A stretch of DNA of 64,000 nucleotides from Candidatus Cloacimonadales bacterium (lineage in GTDB: Bacteria > Cloacimonadota > Cloacimonadia > Cloacimonadales > JAFGVF01), in assembly GCA_963663475.2 (NCBI GenBank), contig CAXXJV010000001.1, positions 2,688,001 to 2,752,000 of the forward strand, written 5' to 3'. Of the stretch, positions 34,318 through 45,949 are shown piece by piece. The notes beneath the pieces were generated by a model that was given only the letters and a program-made list of their open reading frames with translations, made no database searches and had not been told where the DNA came from. Every line of letters begins with the position of its first letter. Position 1 is the stretch's first letter. The position numbers were made by a program, and so were the translations under genes.

Positions 34318-37300
34318 ATATTTTCCTTTATACTTTTAACTGCTTTTACATTATCAAAGACATTTTTATCTAGTAATTTATAGAGAGGGTCAACACCTGC
34401 TTCCACTGGTTCTGTCTCTGTATAGAATGTTATATTATTCTTACCACTTTTGAGTTTGAACCATCTGTTATCAGGATTAGCAACTAGCTTTGTAGCTTTT
34501 CCATCCACATATTCTCTACTAAAAGCTAAGACTTCTATCCAATCATCAAGTGGAATCTCTTCTTCATTTCCTATTGAATCTGCCTTAATCTTATAACACT
34601 CTAACTCCATATCAACCCTATAAAGATCATTTTCTTTGGTAACTTCAACAGAATTTACATTATTACTATACAATATAATATCTTCAAACATCTCTTTTGC
34701 AAGATATTTTAATGAATCAGGCACTACTTGATAAATCTCAGTTAAAAATTCCTCAGAATTAATATAGGGAGGATTTTGGTAGCCATACTTATCAACAACA
34801 GACTTTAGAGCGGTATTAACAGCCTCTTCTCCGATATATTTCTTAAGCCCATACATTACTACTGAACCTTTATTATAGTGAATATATTGCTGATTTTCAA
34901 CTTGTGATAAAGGCATTTCTTTGGAGCTCTCAGAAGATCTTCCAGTTACATAAGAATGTAGTTCATGCTTTAAGAATTCTCCCATCTTAACTTCCCCATA
35001 TTCTTCTTCCATAACAGAAAGAGCTGAGTATTGAGCAAGAGCTTCACTCATCAGAACTGCTCCTTTAACATCAGCTCCAATTACTACATGAGCCCACCAT
35101 TGATGAGCTAATTCATGGGCAGTAACAAAGAAAGGATAATCTTGATTTTCTTTGCCATCTAATCTAGCAATAAAACCTATCCCTTCAGAATAAGGTACAG
35201 TATTAGGGAAAGATTGAGCAAAAGTAGCATAGCGAGGAAACTCCAAGATTCTCATTTGCTTATGAGGATATTCCATGAAGTTATCTGAATAATAAGTTAA
35301 TCCCATTTTAAGAGCTTTCATCATTGACTTGAGATTATAATCATGTCCTGGATGATAATATATTTCTAAGTTTACCTCTTTTCCTGAATTAGATACCCAC
35401 TTATCTTTGGCTATTTCATAGCGAGCAGAAGAAAACGAGAAGAACTTCAATATTGGATGATCCATTTCATAGCGATAGTTTTTTCTACCATTCTCTTCCC
35501 ATGAATCAACTAAATAACCAGGTGCAACAGCTATTTGGTCTGCTGAAGTACCGATAGTAGCTGAGAAATTTACCCAATCTGAATCTTTAGAAATATAGGT
35601 ATTGCCTCTGGCCTCTAAATCATTACTTTCTGCCATTCTTTCTTTAGGGGGAAGTTGGTATTTTTTCCTTATCTCATTTGAACTAAGTTCATAATAATCA
35701 GCATAAGCAAAGACAGGCATAAAGATAGAGCTATTGAAGAAACTACCATTCTCACAAATATTAGTATCAACTTCATAGCCTTTATGTTCATAATAATCTT
35801 GGAAGCTAAACTTAAAAGTCTCTTGAGGCTTTAAGGGATCTTTCAATCTCAGCAAGTATAGATTATAGTCTTCATCATATTTAAGTAGGTCAAATTCTCT
35901 ATCTAGCTGATAAGAGAAGTTATCTTCACTTTGATTAGTAAAAAAGAGAATAGAGTCAATTGGTGAATCACTTTTATTCATCAAGATTAAGTCTCCCCCA
36001 ACTTTTAAGTCTAGCAGATCAGGATAGATTTGCACATCCAAATCAACATCAGTAACTCTTGCTCCTGGTAATTTTTCTAAATATTTATATTCTCTTTCGA
36101 ATTTTACACTTGCTTGTCTTCTTTCTTCTTGGCTATAGTAGCTGTTTAGAATATTTGTATTATGGAAAATATAAGAACCTGCTCCAATAAAGATAAAGGC
36201 TAGTATTACTAAGGAAATTACTTGGCTAAGAGTCCATGCTTGATAGATTTTTTTCCACCTATGTTTAAGTCCTAAATCATTTCCTCTTCTGTAAAGTCTA
36301 ATTCCTAAGATTAATAGAATCAAGGAGAAACTAAGCCAATAAGTAACATGTGTGAAATATTTAGCTAGGAAAGAACCAAAGCCATTCATATCAGAGTAGG
36401 TTACACTTGGTATATTAAACATCTGCCAGAGAGGATGTTCTAAGCCAAGATAAGGCAGATATTCAATAAGGGTAAAGAAACCAAAGAAGAAGAAAATACC
36501 AGCCATTCTATTAGGCATAAGGTTTTGAATTAAGACAGCAACTGCTGAGTACATAATAACAGGCAATAAGAGAAGTCCACCATAGATTAGATAGAGAGAG
36601 AAATCTATCTGATAAAAGTGGAAAAATAGCTGATAACCAATACCAATAAGTGAGCCTATTCCCCACATTATAGCAATTGATAAGGTTAATGTTGTTACAT
36701 GTGATATTGCTTTTATGTTATCTGACATAGGAGCACAATCTTCAAAGTAATAGGAGTTTGAGCTTCGTGATTTCCAGACTAATTCACTTGAAAATATGGC
36801 AATATAAAGTACTGCAAAAGCTAAAACTATGCCTTTTAAGTTCTCGGTAATTATATAAGTTACAGGATGGACTGCTGTGTCGTAAATTACACTATAATTT
36901 GATAAAGAACTAAATACAAATAAGATAAATACTACTGAAAAAACTCTGAATATTATTGAGCGAGTAAGTATCTTAAACTCAATTTTAAAGTAATGATGGA
37001 ATTGTTTAAGATAGGTTAAGAAATTCCAATTCTGAGAAATTAAACCATAGTGAATATACTTAGGACTATCCACCTCAGCCTTACTAGTATTATCTTTGCT
37101 TTTCTTCCTATTCAAAGGATAATTAAACTTGTATAGCTTAAAAGAGATTAAGTAGATAAAGAGTCCTACTCCTAACCATAATAAACGGTTATACAGGAAG
37201 TATGAAGAGAAGGATAGAAGTTCTGTATTTCTTTGAGCAATAGTCCAGTTCTCTGTCATTATTCCTAATGTAGATAAGCCAAACATATCAAATAATGCTG

Positions 37301-37937
37301 AAATTTCCTTTAGCTCTAATTTACTATTAAAGGCCATAATCCCAGTATAGACTAGATACATAAGAACAGCAGACATATTAACATAAAGTTTCTTTTTACT
37401 AAGCACTGCTACCAGAGTATAGAAAGATGAAGCAATAATAACGTTTGTTATAGATACTTTTAAGAAAGGATTCAAATATAATAAAATATTAAAGGGTTGA
37501 AACTGCTTTGCATTTAACCAAGGTGAGAACTGAGCTAGCATAAGCCCCAACTGTAAAAAGAAGAAGATTCCTATTACTGTAGTGATTCCCACAAAGAGTC
37601 TAGCTAAAAGCAACTTAACCTTGGAAATTTGCTTGGTATAAACTAGTTGAAAAGAGTTATGACTAAAATCTTTTAGCAATATATCACTCAGATAACCACC
37701 AATAAAGAGGATTAGAAGGAGATTTAGACCTGAGGATATCATCATGATATTGATTGAACTATTAGTAAAACTTTGTTCTGCTCCAGAGTTCATTGTCTGA
37801 ACTCTTATCCCAGTAAATGCCCCTGCAAAAGCATTCATGAGCAAGAATCCTAAGCTAAAAAATACCAAGGCATAAATATAAGTAGAAAGTCTTTTTAGAA
37901 GATATTTATATTCATATGAGAGGAGACTAAGAAACAT
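34314..37937 (-). CDS. ABC-2 permease fused to M1-family aminopeptidase
   Basis: multi-TM N-half; FAQSFP, HELAHQWW...E, Y.KG. Confidence 0.9.
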   Translation of the reverse strand: MFLSLLSYEYKYLLKRLSTYIYALVFFSLGFLLMNAFAGAFTGIRVQTMNSGAEQSFTNSSINIMMISSGLNLLLILFIGGYLSDILLKDFSHNSFQLVYTKQISKVKLLLARLFVGITTVIGIFFFLQLGLMLAQFSPWLNAKQFQPFNILLYLNPFLKVSITNVIIASSFYTLVAVLSKKKLYVNMSAVLMYLVYTGIMAFNSKLELKEISALFDMFGLSTLGIMTENWTIAQRNTELLSFSSYFLYNRLLWLGVGLFIYLISFKLYKFNYPLNRKKSKDNTSKAEVDSPKYIHYGLISQNWNFLTYLKQFHHYFKIEFKILTRSIIFRVFSVVFILFVFSSLSNYSVIYDTAVHPVTYIITENLKGIVLAFAVLYIAIFSSELVWKSRSSNSYYFEDCAPMSDNIKAISHVTTLTLSIAIMWGIGSLIGIGYQLFFHFYQIDFSLYLIYGGLLLLPVIMYSAVAVLIQNLMPNRMAGIFFFFGFFTLIEYLPYLGLEHPLWQMFNIPSVTYSDMNGFGSFLAKYFTHVTYWLSFSLILLILGIRLYRRGNDLGLKHRWKKIYQAWTLSQVISLVILAFIFIGAGSYIFHNTNILNSYYSQEERRQASVKFEREYKYLEKLPGARVTDVDLDVQIYPDLLDLKVGGDLILMNKSDSPIDSILFFTNQSEDNFSYQLDREFDLLKYDEDYNLYLLRLKDPLKPQETFKFSFQDYYEHKGYEVDTNICENGSFFNSSIFMPVFAYADYYELSSNEIRKKYQLPPKERMAESNDLEARGNTYISKDSDWVNFSATIGTSADQIAVAPGYLVDSWEENGRKNYRYEMDHPILKFFSFSSARYEIAKDKWVSNSGKEVNLEIYYHPGHDYNLKSMMKALKMGLTYYSDNFMEYPHKQMRILEFPRYATFAQSFPNTVPYSEGIGFIARLDGKENQDYPFFVTAHELAHQWWAHVVIGADVKGAVLMSEALAQYSALSVMEEEYGEVKMGEFLKHELHSYVTGRSSESSKEMPLSQVENQQYIHYNKGSVVMYGLKKYIGEEAVNTALKSVVDKYGYQNPPYINSEEFLTEIYQVVPDSLKYLAKEMFEDIILYSNNVNSVEVTKENDLYRVDMELECYKIKADSIGNEEEIPLDDWIEVLAFSREYVDGKATKLVANPDNRWFKLKSGKNNITFYTETEPVEAGVDPLYKLLDKNVFDNVKAVKSIKENI

Positions 37938-38827
37938 TATTCACCTCCGTGATTTTCACCTTGGTGAGGAATAGTTTTAAAATATACATCTTCTAAGTCA
38001 GGTTCTTTTAATTCAAAACCTGAGAGAGGAGAATCAGAGTAAACAATAATCCTAATATCACCCATGTAAAGATGGGAAGATATTACTTCAAACTCACTAG
38101 AATACCAATCTAATTCATCCTTTTTAATTAATTTTCTCCAAATTTTACCTTTCAGTTTTTCAGTTTCTTCTAGAGGTGAGCCTTTTAAGATTACTTGTCC
38201 GAAATTAATGATAGCCATATCAGTACATAGGTCACTAACATCATCAACAATATGGGTAGAGAGAATAACTATTTTATCTTCGCCAATTTCTGACAAAATA
38301 TTATGAAAATGGTTTCTTTCTTTAGGGTCAAGACCAGCAGTAGGCTCATCTACTATTACCAGTTCGGGGTTGGCTATTAGAGCTTGGGCAATTCCTAACC
38401 TTTGTTTCATACCACCAGAAAAGCCACCAACTCTCTTTTTTCTTTGATCGTAAAGATTAACTTTAGTTAGCCATTCAGTAACTAAATTTTTTCTTTCTTT
38501 ATTATTAGTGATACCTTTAAGGACTGCATAATAATTGAGTGTATCCCAAGCAGAAAGATTAGGATAAAAGTCAAAGTTTTGAGGTAAGAAACCTAGTTTC
38601 TTTTTCAGTTCGCTCTGCTTTTTACTTATATCAATTGTATCAAAAGTAATTAATCCAGTATCACTTGTTTGTAGAGTAGCAATTGTCCGCATTAATGTAG
38701 ATTTTCCTGCTCCATTAGGACCTAAAAGACCGAACATACCTTGATTGATTTCTAGGTTAACTCCTTTTAGAGCATGAGTCCCATTTGAGTAGGTTTTACT
38801 CAAGTCAGTAATTGTTAGTTTCTTCAT
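37937..38827 (-). CDS. ABC transporter ATP-binding protein
   Basis: GPNGAGKST, FSGGMKQR, VDEPTAGLDP. Confidence 0.95.
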   Translation of the reverse strand: MKKLTITDLSKTYSNGTHALKGVNLEINQGMFGLLGPNGAGKSTLMRTIATLQTSDTGLITFDTIDISKKQSELKKKLGFLPQNFDFYPNLSAWDTLNYYAVLKGITNNKERKNLVTEWLTKVNLYDQRKKRVGGFSGGMKQRLGIAQALIANPELVIVDEPTAGLDPKERNHFHNILSEIGEDKIVILSTHIVDDVSDLCTDMAIINFGQVILKGSPLEETEKLKGKIWRKLIKKDELDWYSSEFEVISSHLYMGDIRIIVYSDSPLSGFELKEPDLEDVYFKTIPHQGENHGGE

Positions 38828-38947
38828 TTGAACTCCTATTTATAATTATTTTTTATTATTAAAATAGAAGTCGTATTAGTATTGTATATATCTTCCCTTT
38901 ATAAAATTACATTATTAAAATATAGAAATTTAGTCAAGCAATTTTTT

Positions 38948-39111
38948 ACCCGAATAGTGCATTTGAACTTTGATGAAGAGTGCTAGATTCTTTTAGCAAA
39001 ATAGCTTACAGAATTTAGACGCATATATTTTATATATTCGGAGAAATTATGGAAGTGACTTTTGCAAAAGAATATTCTGCTATTCACAGAGGTCTAATGC
39101 ATTATTTGGGT
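38948..39111 (+). mobile_element. MITE copy 4 (164 bp)
   Basis: ACCCGAATAGTGCA...TGCATTATTTGGGT; flanks TTT/TTT. Confidence 0.85.
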
Positions 39112-39124
39112 TTTACTAAACAAA

Positions 39125-39202
39125 TGGTCGGGATGACTGGATTTGAACCAGCGACCACCTGAACCCCATTCAGGTACGCTATCCTGACTGCGCTACATCC
39201 CG
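39125..39202 (-). tRNA. tRNA-Pro(GGG)
   Basis: CGGGATG acceptor, anticodon arm CCTGA-ATGGGGT-TCAGG, GGTTCAAATCC, encoded CCA. Confidence 0.95.
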
Positions 39203-39247
39203 ACTGAATCCTAAATAATTTCCTCTATTTTTCTGACAAGTTTTTTT

Positions 39248-41590
39248 TTACGATACTTTATTGGGCAGAGTGATAGTTATAATAGTACCTATATTTAGCT
39301 CACTATTAACTTCAATATCTCCCTTATGATAATCAACCAGTTCTTTACAGAGTATTAAACCAAGGCCTGTTCCTTTTTCCTTATCTGTTCCTAGCTGACT
39401 GCTAATTAAATCAAAATTGAATAGATTAGTAATTTGTTCTTGATCCATTCCAATTCCATCATCATCAATACTAATAATTGTATTTGAGGCATTTTGTTTT
39501 ACTTTAAAGGAAATTTCTCCATTTCTATTAGTATATTTTATAGCATTAGATAAAAGATTTCTTAGGATTGTAGAGAACATTCTAGAATCGGCAAAGACAA
39601 AATAATCATCAGAGCAATCAACAAAGATGCTAATATTTTTTAGTTTAATTTGTGCGCTAAGCAGAGAAATTGCCTCACTTATGGCATCATAAACTTTTAC
39701 CTTTACTGGCTCAAAAGAGAGGTTTTCAGTCTGTATTCTAGCCCAATCAAGCAGGTTTTCTAAGAGTGTATGAGCTGAGATTGAAGATTCATTAATCATC
39801 GCAATCATTTCGTCCACTTCATTTGCATCAATTTCTCTCCAAGAATCTTTCATCAGATTGGTAAAACCAATGATAGCATTGAAAGGATTTTTTAAATCAT
39901 GAGCAATGATAGAGAATAACCTATCTTTAGTTGAATTAAGAACTCTAAGTTTTTCTTTAGCTTGATTGATAGATTTAACGATATCATTAAACTGGGTTGT
40001 ATCTTGAATAACAGCTACTCTGACTTCTTTACTCCTATAGATATAAGGACGAGAGCTTATTTTAACATCAATAACATCTTTCTTTGAGTTAATTAAATGA
40101 GTTTCTAGAATAGATTTTTCGTTAGCTAAGAGTAAAACTTGAACCTTTTCTCTTTCTTCTTGTGGGGCTAAGTCCATGATATTAGTTGGTCTGTTTTTTG
40201 AATCTGCATTAAAGAACATTCTTTTAAACTGATTATTAGAATCAATTATACTTCCTCTATCATGAACTACAATACCTTCAGAAGAGGCATTAGCAAGCTT
40301 TCTGATTTTATCTAAGTTCTTTTTATCTTTAATATAAATTAAGGCAATAAGAATAATAATAACTAACAAAGAGATTGTACTAATAATAAGTAATCTACTA
40401 GTATATAAATCCTTTTCTTTTAATTGAATATTTTCTACTTCTTTAAGATGATTTTGAACAACAGAGTGGAGTTTTACAAGATTTTCTGAAGACCTATTAG
40501 TTAATATAGAATCCGTAAGAGCAGTATAAATATTAAAATACTTTTGAGCTTCTTCCAAGTTATTTTGTCTATAATTAAGCCTTACTAGCCAGTTAGAATA
40601 AAAATGAGCATTATCGATAAAGCCATGTTCTAGAGCATAGTTAAAGATCTCTTCAAATATCTCTAAGGCTTCAGCTTCTTTGTTATTAAAGACATAGTAC
40701 TGGGCTTTTTGAGCCAGAGCTGATCCTAAAGAAAAGTAATCACCAACTTCTTCAATAAGCTTAATACTTTCATCAAGATAATTTTCAGCAGCTACTTTAT
40801 CACCTTTAGCATTTTTCACCCCAAAAAGTCCTAAGCCAGCCGAAGACCTTAATATTTTAGCTTCATCAGGATATAGGTCATCTGATTTGTAATTATCCCA
40901 GATATCCTTAAGGTAACTTTCAGCTTTCTCATAGTCTTGAAAAAGAAAGTAATTTTTACCAATTAAAAACTTAGAATGATAAATAGCATAGATATTAGCA
41001 ACATCTTGCCTAAGTTTAAGTCCTATTTCCAAATGTTTAAAGGAATCTTCAATATCTCCATTAGATGCTTTGCACAAAGCTATATTATTATGCATAACTG
41101 ATTGCCCATATTTATCATCCAGCTTTATCATAAGTTTAAGTCCAGATTCATAATATGGTTTAGCAATATCATATTGAGCTAGAGCATAGTAGGCATTACC
41201 AATATCAGAATAAAGCCAAGCTAATGGACCCTCTTCATCAATCTTGAGAAAATAACCTGAAGCCTCAAATAGGTATTCTAAGGCAAAGTTATACATACCT
41301 AGTTGTTGATATAGCTGGCCAATACGTACATATCTATGGTATTTTTTATTTAGTTCCCCTTCTTTATCTCTTATTGAGGCTATATTCTTTAAGTACATTA
41401 TTGCCTTAACTGGATCACTTACTTTATAATTATTATAACCTTCTTCATAAAGATTAATAAGAGTTGAATCTATTTTTCCTTCCAACAAATATTCAGCAAT
41501 TCTATCTTCTAAATTGTTGTTAATCTTTTGACCAAACAAATTAAAGACTGAGAACACTATAAATAAAGCAAATAAGAGAGTTTTATTCAT
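39248..41590 (-). CDS. TPR + PAS sensor histidine kinase
   Basis: TPR-like helices, TM, IIAHDLKNPF, NLLSNAIKY, GTGLGL. Confidence 0.92.
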   Translation of the reverse strand: MNKTLLFALFIVFSVFNLFGQKINNNLEDRIAEYLLEGKIDSTLINLYEEGYNNYKVSDPVKAIMYLKNIASIRDKEGELNKKYHRYVRIGQLYQQLGMYNFALEYLFEASGYFLKIDEEGPLAWLYSDIGNAYYALAQYDIAKPYYESGLKLMIKLDDKYGQSVMHNNIALCKASNGDIEDSFKHLEIGLKLRQDVANIYAIYHSKFLIGKNYFLFQDYEKAESYLKDIWDNYKSDDLYPDEAKILRSSAGLGLFGVKNAKGDKVAAENYLDESIKLIEEVGDYFSLGSALAQKAQYYVFNNKEAEALEIFEEIFNYALEHGFIDNAHFYSNWLVRLNYRQNNLEEAQKYFNIYTALTDSILTNRSSENLVKLHSVVQNHLKEVENIQLKEKDLYTSRLLIISTISLLVIIILIALIYIKDKKNLDKIRKLANASSEGIVVHDRGSIIDSNNQFKRMFFNADSKNRPTNIMDLAPQEEREKVQVLLLANEKSILETHLINSKKDVIDVKISSRPYIYRSKEVRVAVIQDTTQFNDIVKSINQAKEKLRVLNSTKDRLFSIIAHDLKNPFNAIIGFTNLMKDSWREIDANEVDEMIAMINESSISAHTLLENLLDWARIQTENLSFEPVKVKVYDAISEAISLLSAQIKLKNISIFVDCSDDYFVFADSRMFSTILRNLLSNAIKYTNRNGEISFKVKQNASNTIISIDDDGIGMDQEQITNLFNFDLISSQLGTDKEKGTGLGLILCKELVDYHKGDIEVNSELNIGTIITITLPNKVS

Positions 41591-41617
41591 TTTTCACCTA
41601 TTATCAATATACAAGAT

Positions 41618-43231
41618 TTAGTTTTCTTTCTTAAGAGTTTTGGAAACTGCATTTAGCAAATCTTCTGATGAGAATGGTTTTCGTAAAAAGAGAATACCTT
41701 GAGAAATTAATTTCTTTAGTTCATCTTTTTCTTTTGAGTAACCACTTGTGATAATGAAAGGTACCTGGCTATGGATACTTTTGAGTGATTCATATAGACT
41801 ATAGCCATCTCCATCAGGCAGGATTAAATCAGAAATAATTAAATCAATATTATTAAATTGCTCTTTAATAATTTCAGATGCAGAAGCAATGTCTCTACAA
41901 GCAACAACAGTAAAGTTATTCTTTCTGAGTATTTTGAGAACAACATTACAAATCAAATCATCATCTTCAATCAAGAGGACCTTTTCTTTTTTCCCTATAA
42001 TTCGAGTTTTACTCTTTGCGAGTTGGGCAATAGAATTAATAACATTTGCTTGATGAATAGGTAAGTAAATTTTAAAGACTGTTCCAAAGCCAATATTACT
42101 CTCAATATCAATAAAACCATTGTATTGTTTAACAATGCCTTGCACATTTGACAAGCCTAGACCTGTACCTTTACCTTCAGCTTTAGTAGTAAAGAAGGGT
42201 TCAAAAATCTTTTCAATATGTTCTTGAGAAATACCTACACCTGTATCTGCTACAGATAGTTTCAAGTATTTACCAGGTCTTCTGTCAAAATTATCTTTAA
42301 AATCATCAGCTTTGATTTCGATTTCTTCAGTTGATATTTTTATAGTTCCACCATTTTCCATAGCATCACGAGCATTTAAGCAGAGATTAAGGATAATTTG
42401 TTCAAATTGAATTTCATCAGCTTTAATTTTTATAGGATTACTAGAAAGTTTAAGGTCAATATTTATGTTTTCACCTATCAAACGAGATATCATTTTTCTC
42501 ATATAAGAAAGGGATTCATTTACATTTAAATCAACGAATTCAACTTCTTGCTTTCTAGTAAAGATTAAAAGCTGTTTTGTAAGAGAGGAAGCTTTATTGG
42601 CAGCTTGGATTATAGTTTCAATATTTTCAACATATACTTCATTACTCTCACCATAATCTAAACAGAGTTCAGCATTGCCGATAATTACTTGCAAAATATT
42701 ATTAAAATCATGAGCCATACCCATCGATAGGTGACCAATTGTTTCTAACTTAGAACGTTGTTCTTTACTTTTCCTAAGTTCTTCGAGCTCAGATATATCT
42801 GTAAATATCTCATAAAAGCCATCTATATTGCTGTGATGATAAATGGGAATAACCTTCATTTCATATTGTCTTGAAGCTAATAGCAACTTTTTTGTTATAA
42901 CTTTTCTTTTTATAAATGCTTCTTTAAAGGGAAGTTGAGGTTCATAAGAAGAAATTATCAAATCAGGTTCAGAAGTTTTACCAATTTCAATGTTAGGTAT
43001 TAAATCCCTTGCCATATAATTATACTCTTCAATCAAACCATCAAGATTTATCCTAATAGCAGGCAAATGCAGTCTGAAAAGGAGGTTATTATCAGTTTCT
43101 GTTTTTAAGAGATTGTTTTGCTTATTTTGGTCATTAGTAGGAGGTGTAGCTACCTGCTTATTTTTACTAACAAGCAGGTAAACTACCAAAGTAATTAAGA
43201 TAGTATTAATTACAATTAAGTAAATATCCAT
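41618..43231 (-). CDS. hybrid histidine kinase/response regulator (CckA-like)
   Basis: [33 protein letters not shown]-terminal receiver. Confidence 0.92.
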   Translation of the reverse strand: MDIYLIVINTILITLVVYLLVSKNKQVATPPTNDQNKQNNLLKTETDNNLLFRLHLPAIRINLDGLIEEYNYMARDLIPNIEIGKTSEPDLIISSYEPQLPFKEAFIKRKVITKKLLLASRQYEMKVIPIYHHSNIDGFYEIFTDISELEELRKSKEQRSKLETIGHLSMGMAHDFNNILQVIIGNAELCLDYGESNEVYVENIETIIQAANKASSLTKQLLIFTRKQEVEFVDLNVNESLSYMRKMISRLIGENINIDLKLSSNPIKIKADEIQFEQIILNLCLNARDAMENGGTIKISTEEIEIKADDFKDNFDRRPGKYLKLSVADTGVGISQEHIEKIFEPFFTTKAEGKGTGLGLSNVQGIVKQYNGFIDIESNIGFGTVFKIYLPIHQANVINSIAQLAKSKTRIIGKKEKVLLIEDDDLICNVVLKILRKNNFTVVACRDIASASEIIKEQFNNIDLIISDLILPDGDGYSLYESLKSIHSQVPFIITSGYSKEKDELKKLISQGILFLRKPFSSEDLLNAVSKTLKKEN

Positions 43232-43240
43232 ATCTCTATC

Positions 43241-44701
43241 TTAGAACTTAAATTCTACAGTAAAAGAAAAGGTTTTTGCAATTTCATCTTCACCTTTTAT
43301 CTTACCATCATTATTCATATCAGAGTAACGTTCTTGATAATTACCTACTAAGTAAGAGTTGCCACCTAACTCGTAAGAAATTTTTCCAGTAACCGTTGCA
43401 TTCTCATTTCTAAAATGTTTGAAGTTAATATATTCTTTATTTCTTTGGGCATATTCAATTGAAGCTTGATTAATCTTAGGAATCATAGAAGTATCAGCTC
43501 TTAATCCAGCCCAGATAGATTTACCAGTTACAACATCTTCACCATACATATCTTGATAAGCTAAGTCAAAGAAGAATAATTGTCCAATATTAGCTGTAAT
43601 AGAACCATACCAACCAGTAGAAGCTTTTATACCATCAAGAATAGATGTTTTTGTATAGATTTCCTGACCTCTAACAAAAGCTCTTTGATCATCGTATAAA
43701 TAATCAAAGAAACCAGGGATAAATTCATCCTCAAATCTTCTTCCTTCTAATTTCATATCAAAAATAGCAAATTTAGCACCAAAACCAGGGAAGATGAATC
43801 CTTGACCATAATCTATTATTTTTGCATATTCAGCATAATGGTATAATTTAAAGTAATCATAATCTACTAATGGTAAAGTATAGTCTGTACCAACTATTGT
43901 TACATCTTCTTCTTTATCGTAGATTGGTTTATCATCTAATTGAATATCATCATCAAGAGGATCATAGATATTATCACCATCGGCATCAATATCAATTTCA
44001 TCAGGGAATCCATCTCCATCAGTATCAACCGCATAGTTGTTATCATCTGGGAAAGAATCAAAGATGTCAGGTACATTATCGCCATCTTCATCTTCAAAAC
44101 GCTTGTATTGATCAAGATCATGAGCAAAAGAAACTCCTACATCAAGCTGACTTAACAATGGGAAGTTGGAAAGCTCTAGAGGCTTAAAATGAGCTCGGGA
44201 AGCAAAGATATCCATTTTACTGAAATCTGCTGCAAACATTTCCATTCCAAAACCACTAATCTCAGTATTAAAACCAAAATAGCCACCAATCTTCTTACTA
44301 TCAGGATAATTCAACATGTTTGTATAACCATTAACTATTAGACCATTGGCTAAAGTGTAGGAAGGAAAAGATCCTACTAGAGCATAGAAAGGATCTCCCC
44401 TGTGGGCATAGCGTAAATAGAGTATTTTGTTAACATAGTCTTGCCATTCATCCCAATCTTCTTCCCTAATATCGCCTTCTCCAGTGATTAGAAAATCAAT
44501 ATCAAGTCCTAGACCAAATTTCCAGAATACAAGCTCAGGATTTAATCTAATTCTTGTGTATGTCTCACCATTAATAGTAGTAGCTCCAACAGAGCCTCCC
44601 ATTTGAAAACCTTCATCTTGAGAAACATCCATTCCACCTTCTTGACCTATAAGAAGAAGTGGGAAGATCATTAAAAAAAGTAGTATTATCTTTTTCATCA
44701 T
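43241..44701 (-). CDS. putative outer-membrane beta-barrel protein with TSP3-like Ca-binding insert
   Basis: signal peptide; DEDGDNVPD..D.FPDD, DTDGDGFPD; terminal FKF. Confidence 0.65.
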   Translation of the reverse strand: MMKKIILLFLMIFPLLLIGQEGGMDVSQDEGFQMGGSVGATTINGETYTRIRLNPELVFWKFGLGLDIDFLITGEGDIREEDWDEWQDYVNKILYLRYAHRGDPFYALVGSFPSYTLANGLIVNGYTNMLNYPDSKKIGGYFGFNTEISGFGMEMFAADFSKMDIFASRAHFKPLELSNFPLLSQLDVGVSFAHDLDQYKRFEDEDGDNVPDIFDSFPDDNNYAVDTDGDGFPDEIDIDADGDNIYDPLDDDIQLDDKPIYDKEEDVTIVGTDYTLPLVDYDYFKLYHYAEYAKIIDYGQGFIFPGFGAKFAIFDMKLEGRRFEDEFIPGFFDYLYDDQRAFVRGQEIYTKTSILDGIKASTGWYGSITANIGQLFFFDLAYQDMYGEDVVTGKSIWAGLRADTSMIPKINQASIEYAQRNKEYINFKHFRNENATVTGKISYELGGNSYLVGNYQERYSDMNNDGKIKGEDEIAKTFSFTVEFKF

Positions 44702-44773
44702 TACCCCTTAAATTTTATTATTATTAAACTATTTTTTACAAATTATTATTATTAAGTCAAGAAAAAACTCTAC

Positions 44774-45865
44774 TTAATCTAATATTTGCATTTCAATTCC
44801 TAGCTCTTTTTGCATAACTTTAAGATTTTCTAGTAAAGCTGGCGTAATTGGAACACCCTTGTCTCTGATTTCTTTCTCTTTATAATACTCTTTCTCTCCA
44901 GCTATCCATATTTTATCTTTATTAGGAGCAACTTGAGACTTCTTTAAGGTGGTCATTATATCACCTGTAATTTTCTTAAAGTCTGCAATCTCAGTAAAAA
45001 AGTCAATATTAATAGCTAGGAAGAAATGACCCAGTTTATAAGGAATCCTATTTCCATCTTTGTCAAAGCCATGTAAGCCTTGCAAGTAAGCTCCATTTTG
45101 TAAAGCAGCACAAAGGATTTCTACCATAACACCTAGACTATAGCCTTTATGAGAACCTGTTTCTTCATCAGCACCTCCAATTGGCAACATAGCAGCTTGT
45201 TTAGAAATAAGATCTTTTAGTAATTGCTTAGTATCAGTGAAAGGCTTACCTTGTCTATCTATAGCCCAGCCAAGCGGTGTTTCTTTTCCTTCTCTATCTA
45301 AGACCTCTATTTTCCCTCTTTGGGAAATGGAAGTAGCACCATCAAAGAGGAAAGGGTATTCTAAGTTAGAAGGAGCTCCAAAGCAGATTGGATTTGTTCC
45401 TAACATTGGGTCAACCCCATTAGTTGGTGCTATAGAAGGTCTAGCATTAGTAAATGTTATCCCTATCATATCTTCTTGCGTAGCCATAGAAGCGTAATAA
45501 CCAGCTATTCCATAATGAGTTGAGTTTCTGACTACTACACAACCTATGCCATATTTTTTAGCTTTATCTATAGCTGTTTGCATAGCACGATGTGAGATTA
45601 CATGTCCCATACCATGATTTCCATCCCATACAGCAGTTGCATACTTATCCCTAATTATATCAATTTTTGTTTCAGGAAACTGAATCCCTGCTTTGATTCT
45701 ATCATAATACATCTTGCAACGTCCTATACCATGAGATTCTATACCTCTTAAGTCTGATTCAATTAAGACGTCAGCACATATTTTGGCTTCCTCTGCAGGT
45801 ACTTGCAACCTAGTAAATACTTCCACCATAAACTTATGAAGTTTTTCAACTGGTATTCTTAACAT
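44774..45865 (-). CDS. Ldh_2-family (malate/L-lactate/sulfolactate-type) oxidoreductase
   Basis: DLRGIESHG, NSTHYG, GTNP, HKGY.L, GEKE; start at MLRIP after GGGGG. Confidence 0.88.
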   Translation of the reverse strand: MLRIPVEKLHKFMVEVFTRLQVPAEEAKICADVLIESDLRGIESHGIGRCKMYYDRIKAGIQFPETKIDIIRDKYATAVWDGNHGMGHVISHRAMQTAIDKAKKYGIGCVVVRNSTHYGIAGYYASMATQEDMIGITFTNARPSIAPTNGVDPMLGTNPICFGAPSNLEYPFLFDGATSISQRGKIEVLDREGKETPLGWAIDRQGKPFTDTKQLLKDLISKQAAMLPIGGADEETGSHKGYSLGVMVEILCAALQNGAYLQGLHGFDKDGNRIPYKLGHFFLAINIDFFTEIADFKKITGDIMTTLKKSQVAPNKDKIWIAGEKEYYKEKEIRDKGVPITPALLENLKVMQKELGIEMQILD

Positions 45866-45949
45866 TTTTCCCCCTAATAATCTATTTATATTTTGCAATA
45901 AAGCTGATTAAATCTATCGATGTCAAGTTTTTTATAGCTTAATTTTTTA

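Noticed and set aside
39125-39202. tRNA-Pro as an integration site
   Set aside because: No duplicated 3' end or integrase nearby; flanks are ordinary host genes plus a MITE.
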